DNA from: the human T2T-CHM13v2.0 reference genome, Homo sapiens | Assembly: GCF_009914755.1 (NCBI RefSeq) | Contig: NC_060935.1 | DNA length: 64,000 bases | Reading direction: 5' to 3' (one strand) | Part shown: positions 56,901-64,000 of the stretch, one piece after another | Numbering within the stretch: the stretch's first letter is position 1 | How the letters are laid out: every line of letters starts with the position of its first letter | Notes under the pieces: generated by a model | The model's input: the letters and a program-made list of their open reading frames with translations, nothing else | What the model was told of the DNA's origin: nothing | The model's database searches: none | Program-made: the position numbers and the translations under genes

Positions 56901-59900
56901 TTGTAGATGGAGGGTTTTGAGCAAGGAGGTGGCAGGAGCAGGCCTGGGTCTCGGCCGTCCCTCTCTGCACAGGCTGAGTGTGAAGGGCATAGGGACATCC
57001 CAGTGGAGCTGTCCTAAGGCTAGAGAGCAGTGGGTCTGGAGCTGGGGAGCTGGGGAGCTAGGCAGCAAGGCTCTGGGCTGAAGAAGGTGGAGAGGGTGTG
57101 GAGTGAGGAAGGTAGGGACCAGGGCCAGGCCATGGATACAGCCATAATGAGGATGCCACGGAGACAGAGGAGCCCTCAGAGGCAACTGAGGAGGTGCAGC
57201 CTAGAGAAGAGGGAAGACCCGGCAAGAGGAAAGGAAGCAAATCACATGGGTGCCAAGGGGAGCATCTGAGGCAGAGGCAGGCATAGAGCACCAGAGGCAC
57301 TAAGAGGGCCAGTTAGTCAAGACTGAGCAGGATGTGTCCACCAGACTTGATAAGGGAGCTGTGGGGACCTTAAGGAAGTCATGGTCAATGGGGTTGGTGT
57401 GTGTGCCAGACTGCAACAGGACAAAGTAGGGAAGAGATGAGGGATGAGCTTTAAGAATTCAGCACTGCCCCTGGAAGCATGGTATTGGTGCTACTGAAGT
57501 CAGCCCACCTGGAGGCCCCAGCATCCTCCCAGATGCAGTGGAAGCCATTCTGCCATTCCAACTAACAAAGGCCTCCCATGGCCAGTGCATTGTGGAGGAG
57601 AGTGGGGTGGAGATTCAAGGAGATTAAAAGGGCCAGGCAGTTCTCTCTACTCTTCTGTTGTTTATCTGAAGCTTAAAGGTGATTAGAGAGTGTAGAAATG
57701 GAGTAGCTCTGTGGGATAAGAATGAAAACAAAGAACTCCCCACAGACTGTTTGCAACACAAGGCAACTTTGGTCACTGTCCAGGTCTTTTCCTCCCTGGG
57801 GACACCTTGCCATTTACTCTCCCTGAGTGTGGCTCTCTCATACCAAAGAGACCTATATCCTAACCCTAGAGATGACAACCACAGCAGAGTATTCTGCCAG
57901 GCCTCGTGTTAAATGCTTCCCACACAGCATCTCATGTAATTCTCATTACAATCTGATGAAGATAGAATAGCGTATCATTACCCCTATTTTATAGATGAGA
58001 AAACTGAGACTCAGGGAAGTAAAATGACTTGCTCAAGATTACCCCAACCAGAAGGCTGCAGACACTGACTCCAAAGCCTGTGTGCTTCTGCCAGCAAGTC
58101 AGCTTCCCCAACACCCAGGTTCTTAGACTCTTGGAGTCATTATGTGGACACCTGCTCTATCCTTTGGGAAAATACAAATCTACCCCTTTTCTCTCCACTT
58201 CCTTGAAGTAGGACTCTGTTTTGTATTAGGAAACAATGGTGCCACCACAAGAGGGTAGAATTTTCTACTAGCTGCACAACCATGAGCAAGTCATTCCTCC
58301 TCTCCCAGCTTGTTTTCTCCCCTGTAAAATGGGGATAATAATTTAACCTCTCAGGGCAAAGGTGAAGATTAACTGAGCTGTACATTAAGGCCCAAGCGCG
58401 GGTGTCTTAGAGCCAATGGTCTACCCCTGTGAGTTCTGTTCTTTCCCCCTCCAGTTTCCATGCTTGATCCTCCCCTCTGCCTTTCTCACCAGAGACCTGG
58501 GCCTCTGCATGGACAGATCCAGGGGTGGTCTTTGCTGTGAGATCTGAGTAAGGGCTCATGTTTGCTTTGGGTGACCCAGATCTCCCCAGCTTCTGACAGC
58601 CTCCGCTCACCTTTCAGCCTGAAGAGCCTCTTACCCCAAGACACCAACAAACCCTGCAAAAGAAAAAAAACCCAAAAGACAAAAAACAAAAACAAGGCTG
58701 AGAGCCTTTTGGCTCACAGCCACTGAACCGGCCTACCAACAGGCTAACTGTTGGGATCCTCATTTGAACACACACCCTGACTCAGAGGCTGATAGGCATG
58801 TAGCACTTGCTGGGTCTTCATTCGAGCTTATCTGACTTAATCTCATGAAATTCCTTGCATGGGCACACACATGCACACGTCCTCACACAAAAGCCCTGCT
58901 CACAGTTGCACTCACAGCCAAGGCCACAGTCACACATACTCATAGCCAATAATATATGCCCCAACTCAATCTGCTAGCAAGTGAGTTTGGGGGTGCAGGG
59001 GCAGCAGGTGAGCAGGATATAGAGCTCTGTTATGTGGGAAATTTCATGGTCCTGAACAAACGGGGGTCTGTTTTTAGACCCCACTCCAAAAGAAGAGTGA
59101 AGCTTCCAGCCAGAAGGGGCTTTGCTGTGATGTGTGTGCCCATCACTGCAGAATGGCAGGTGCTCACTGCAGAGAACTGACAAAGGCTCCGTGTGGAGCA
59201 AGGGCTGAGCTCCGTCAAGCAACCAAGCTTGTGGACGCAGAAGCGTCACCTTAATGCTTAACTCTGGTGCTGATGGGCATGATGCTGGTCAGTTCAGCGT
59301 TCCCTCAGACAATTCAGGGCTTTTCCCCACTCGTATTTGGAGTGTATTTCTGTTCTGGAGGTGGGAGAGGTACAGAGGGCCAGGGCATTGGCCTAGGTCA
59401 CCTTCAGTCTATAAGGGCATCCCCTGCTGCCCCTCATTCCCACTGGTAGCTCGAGCACCAGCGTCTCCCCTCTGGCATCTGTGGAAGGCTCACATTTCCA
59501 CCTGCTCAGACCCATAAGGGGCCTGGGCTTTGAGATTTAGAGGTCCATGCATATCACAAAAACTGAGATACAAACATATAGAGTCTTGTAATAAGTCATT
59601 TTGAAAGCCCACTAACCAACTGAGCTAACAAAAATGACCAGAGATGGAAGTAGGAGGCAAATTTCCTCCTCTCCCTGCCAGGCTGGAGGATCTGGGCTGA
59701 GATGCGGCACCAATTGAGAACGGAGCAGTCCTGTGTCTCAGGCTTGCTGAGGTGTCAGGAGGGGAAAGCACATTGCAGAGGCGGCCCTCATCCCCTCACA
59801 TATCCATGTGGGCTCTCAGCTGCCCCCACTATGCCTGGACCCCTCAGATCAGTGCTACCAGCACCATTAACCTCACAGCAAGTCTGAGCACCGGGAGGTC

Positions 59901-61703
59901 ATAAGCTCAGACAGGCTTTGGGGCAGTCATTAAATCAGGCCAAGGGCAGTGGGTGGTAACTGAGTGCAGGAAAATAAGGAAGCATCTTTAAGGTTCTGAA
60001 GGAAAATAGAAGCACAGAGGCATTCCCATGGGGCTTGGCTAAAGCTCTGGACCCAGGTAAGGTGGGACTCAGGTGGCACAGGGCAGGGGGTAGAGGACAG
60101 GAGTTCCCAGCTGTGACTCTGCCCAGATTCACCAAACCTTAGAGCTGGAGGTTACAGTGGTCTCTGTGTAGCTGAGGAAGCGAGGCCCAGGGTGGGCAGG
60201 GCTCACAGCTGAACCAGGATTGAAACCAGATCTTTTGATAAATGGCTCTGCCTACCTCCCCATGCACCTCAGGAGCCCTGGAAGTTCCAGGCTATGACTT
60301 GTCCCCATGTGACTGGGGCTTTGTTTCTTCATCATAAGATAATTATATTAATAAGACCAAGTCCCTGAATCCCACCTTGACCCCAAGCAGGGCCCTGCAT
60401 CTCCATGATGACAGCTTCCATCCCCCAAAGACAAATATAACCTTAAGAAGAGCTGGTCAAATTAGCAAACTCAGCACATAGATTTTCAGCTGTTGCACTG
60501 CTTTGGAAACTGACCTGAGTTCAAGGACCGGTCCCACTACTGACTTGCTAGGAGCAACTGGATAGTCACCTGATCTGTCTTAGCCTCAGTTTCCTCAGCT
60601 TTTCAAATCAAAATAACACATTCCTTGCACAGTTCTTGTGAGAATTACAGAGAACATCTTGCATTGTGCAGGCACGTAGCAGGCCCGAATGACATGTAGT
60701 AGGTCAAACCATGAGGAATTGTCAGTTTTTTGAATAATGGATCCACCTAATAATTATCTATTTTATTCGTATTAGCATAATCATTACCAACTATGTGCAT
60801 ATTACTTTATCTCTCAGTCTCCTCATGCAAAAAAATGGAGATGATATGCAAAGCACTCTGCATAAGGCCTGGCTCCCTGCAGAAGGTGCTCACGAAAGCT
60901 TCACCTCCTCCCTCCCCATCCCCTCCTCATGCAGTCACTTCTTCTTCCATGGGTGGCCAGAGGGAACTTGTCCTCTTTCCTAATTACCACAGCCCTGTTG
61001 GCATGAAGCTGAAACTGTGACCGAGAGATGGGAGAGGAGTAAGAAAATGGCTTGTAAAATAATCTTCTCAGAGAAGTTTAAAAGTTAAAAGAAAAGGAAA
61101 ACATGTTGTGTTTTCAAAAACCTGACACTGCCACACTTTCGGGTCATGCCCAAGACTTCCGGTGGGTTCTGGAGCAGGAGACCAGAGCACTGCAGATGGG
61201 CCTCTCCCTCCCCATCCACCCCCTGCTAACACTCTCCTAGACTCCCTGAACAAGGTTCCACAAGGAAGTTATTCTGCATGTTCTGAGTCACAGCCGACCA
61301 AACAATCAGAGTATCTTTTTGGCATCCAGATGCCACCTGGAGCCATAATGGAGCAGAAGATTCCAGGTCCAGGAAGGCCCCAGCATCTCTGAGTCCAGCC
61401 CTCTGCCTCCAGGTGGAGTAGCTGTCACACCCTGCAGGGCAGAGGCTGGTGCTCTCCAGGGATGGAGATGCCGCCCCATCCCTGATGCCCCCTTCAGGGT
61501 TCTCTCTCATGCCAGTCATGGAGCCCTTTCTTTTGTCCAATCTCAGCCCTTCCTTCCTTCATCCATTCATCAGATAGCCCCTGACAGCATCGCTGTGCTG
61601 GCACAGGAGTAATGCAGGGATGACGGAACAGCCCCTGTAGGTTCCCCAGTCTGTTTCACTTTGATGGCATTACCTGTTAAGCACCCAACTTCTCCACCAG
61701 CCC

Positions 61704-61783
61704 GGACCCAGGTGAGGCTGGAACCAGGTGAAACAGGACCCAGGTAAGGCTGGACCCAGGTAAGGTGGGACTCAGGTGGCACA
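61704..61783 (+). repeat. 5 x 16-bp degenerate tandem repeat (GGACCCAGGTRAGGCT-like)
   Basis: ggacccaggtgaggct ggaaccaggtgaaaca ggacccaggtaaggct ggacccaggtaaggtg ggactcaggtggcaca. Confidence 0.85.
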
Positions 61784-63129
61784 GGGCATGGGAGGTACTC
61801 TCTAAATAGTTGTTCAATGTTAAAGGAATGGATGAACAAATGAATGAATAGCCAGGTCCACAGGAATACTTTGGTAACAAGATGCTTACTGCTTCAAAGG
61901 AAGCCCATTTTCCTAAAGGTTGGAGGTGACAGACCCAGGCTGAGGCAGGCATAGCTGGCCCAAGATCTCCTTCTGACATGGGAGGTGGAATCCACTGGAG
62001 AAGCCGCTGCTACCCAGAACCTTCCCATACGTGCCTGGGCTCCAAACTGGGAGCTGGCGGATTCCCCAGGCCTGGAAACCCCCAGTAGGGTTGTCTGACT
62101 CCACCCACACCCCACAAGGCTGGTCATTCTCAACCCTGTTTCTTGGAAGGAGAAACTGGCTCATGATCAGACGTTCTGGAATTCACTACAGGAAGTGGCC
62201 ATTGAGTGAGAGGAAAGGCCCCTGGTTAAATGAGCCAAGAATTCTGCATTTTGATTCCCACTCCAACATTTAAAGCCATGGGATGCAGGCTCAGACGGAC
62301 CTGGGTTCAACTCCAGTTCTGCTGTTTAAGAGCTGCCTGGTTTCTGGAAAGTTACTTACTTCACTGAGCCCTGGTTTCCTCTTTTGGGAAAGGGATTATA
62401 GTATCTGCCTCAACAGGTTCTTGTGAGGATTCTAAGAGGAACCTGTAGGGCTGATACTCAGCTGGCATGCAGATTCTAACTTACTGCTTGGTAAACAGCC
62501 ATGACTCAGAGCCCCTTGAGTGCCTCTGCCATGCAACCCAGCATCCCCCAACCTTCCCACCATGATTCAGCAACCAAGGGGTTAATATCTAGCCCCTCAG
62601 AAGGTCCTCAAGATCCTGGCAACCCTTCTGATTGGTTGCTGCCCATACTGAACTAAATGGGTGCCAATAAATGCTCTGTAAACTACAAAGTGCTGGCTAA
62701 CCCCAGATCCACACTTCCAGCTCCAATTTATCTCCTGGAGGCTCTTCACCCACCTCCCGGCCCTTCCACCTTCATACTTCATGCAAATGGCACTCTCACA
62801 ACTCCCAAATTGAACTGAGTTTCTCCAGTTAAACTCATCCCAGGGACTGCCTCCACCTCTGCCTGGCAGACTCCTTCATTACCCAGTCTCTATCTGGCAG
62901 TGCTGTTTCCTCTATGTCCCCTAGCTCTGTCCCTCCTTCCTGCCCCCACCCACCTGGTGCCTTCATCATTTCTCTGCTAAATCACAACTACCTTCCCACT
63001 GGCCTCTGGACTCCAGTGTGTCCTTCCACATCATTCTCACACTGTAGACAGAATCACCTTCCAAAAGCGGGGTCTCTCATTGAGCCCTCAGTGAAACGTC
63101 AGCCACCATTGACATCCCTCAGTAATGAT

Positions 63130-63560
63130 CATTGGAGGTTTGGTTCCTGGGGAAGGAGACTCTGAGATGAAGGTTTGCTTGCAGGAGGTTTATTGGGGGA
63201 GTACATTCAAGGTCAACACCTGGCAGGGAGTGATTGAAGCAGAATTGGCCAGAGGGATAAATTGGGTTGTGAGGCAAACCCCACAAAGGCCTCGGCCAGC
63301 CCCTCAGGGAGCTGTGGAGCTGGAAACTCTTCATAGTTGTCCCAAGTTGGGGCAAGGGGCCTGGGCTTTTATACCCCCATGTGAACCAGTCTCTGGATGC
63401 AGGCTGGCCCTGGAGGGACCATGGCATTAGGTGAGGAGGCAATGACGGTGGTGGGAGGAGTCTCACCTGCAAGCTGCCTGCCATCAGCACTCTCAGCAGC
63501 GGAGGTGTGGGGGTAGGAGGCACAGGCATTGGCAGCACATCGCAGTGCCCGCTACAAAGA
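63130..63560 (-). mobile_element. ERVL LTR (LTR33/LTR16-like)
   Basis: gactctgagatgaaggtttgcttgcaggaggtttattggg...aaggcctcggccagcccctcagggagctgtggagctgg. Confidence 0.6.
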
Positions 63561-64000
63561 TGTCTTGGGTCAAGTAGGTCCTCAGGAATGTTTGTCGCAT
63601 GATGAAAAGAATAACTCCCCATCACCTTCAAGGCACATTTTGAGTATCTGGTGTAGCACACAGGCTCTTCGTGATCCACCCCAAACATCCTCCCCATTCC
63701 GTCTTCCTCTCTCCCTCTCCCCACTCGCACCATATTGTGCTTCTTGCAGTTTCCCAAGCTCAACATGCTATTTCACACCTCTATGCTTTTGCACGTGTTA
63801 TTTCATCTGCCTGGACTGCTTTAAATGGAAAAAAAGAAATCCTATTCTCTTCTTCCAGCCAATTCCTACTCCTTCATCAAGACTCCAGCTAAGCTCTGCC
63901 TCCCCTGGGAAACCTTCTATTAATTCCTCCAAGTCTGGTGCTCCCACCTCATGCAGAGCACAGCCATTGGGTTCTAATCTGCCCCCGGGCTCCTCCAGGC

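Overview
Primate (almost certainly human) genomic DNA, rich in Alu, L1, MIR and LTR repeats. The left 18 kb holds, on the minus strand, ten decayed exons of a receptor guanylyl cyclase. I identify it as GUCY2EP, the unitary pseudogene of rodent olfactory GC-D/Gucy2d. From recalled annotation it lies at 11q13.5 between LRRC32 and TSKU. Exon numbers below follow the paralogue GUCY2D. Directly readable lesions: frameshifts in exons 3, 9, 11 and 12; a stop in exon 10; a ~44-nt deletion in exon 9; one lost donor, one lost acceptor and two GC donors. No exon 2, 4 or 5 (transmembrane) is recognisable. Exons 13-14 (dimerisation helix and start of the cyclase domain) remain open with canonical splice sites. 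The remaining ~45 kb is intergenic: an old ERVL internal region carrying a MADE1 hairpin, MaLR/ERV LTRs, L1 fragments and many Alus. No intact protein-coding gene, RNA gene or CRISPR array was found, and I see no convincing new biological system. The best oddities are a 5x70-bp minisatellite that multiplies a splice donor, a 16-bp CAGGT-repeat array with a 39-bp exact copy 1.7 kb away, an antisense HERV-K solo LTR, a three-arm Alu and a ~300-bp alternating purine-pyrimidine tract. Repeat subfamily names and most repeat boundaries are by eye and approximate.
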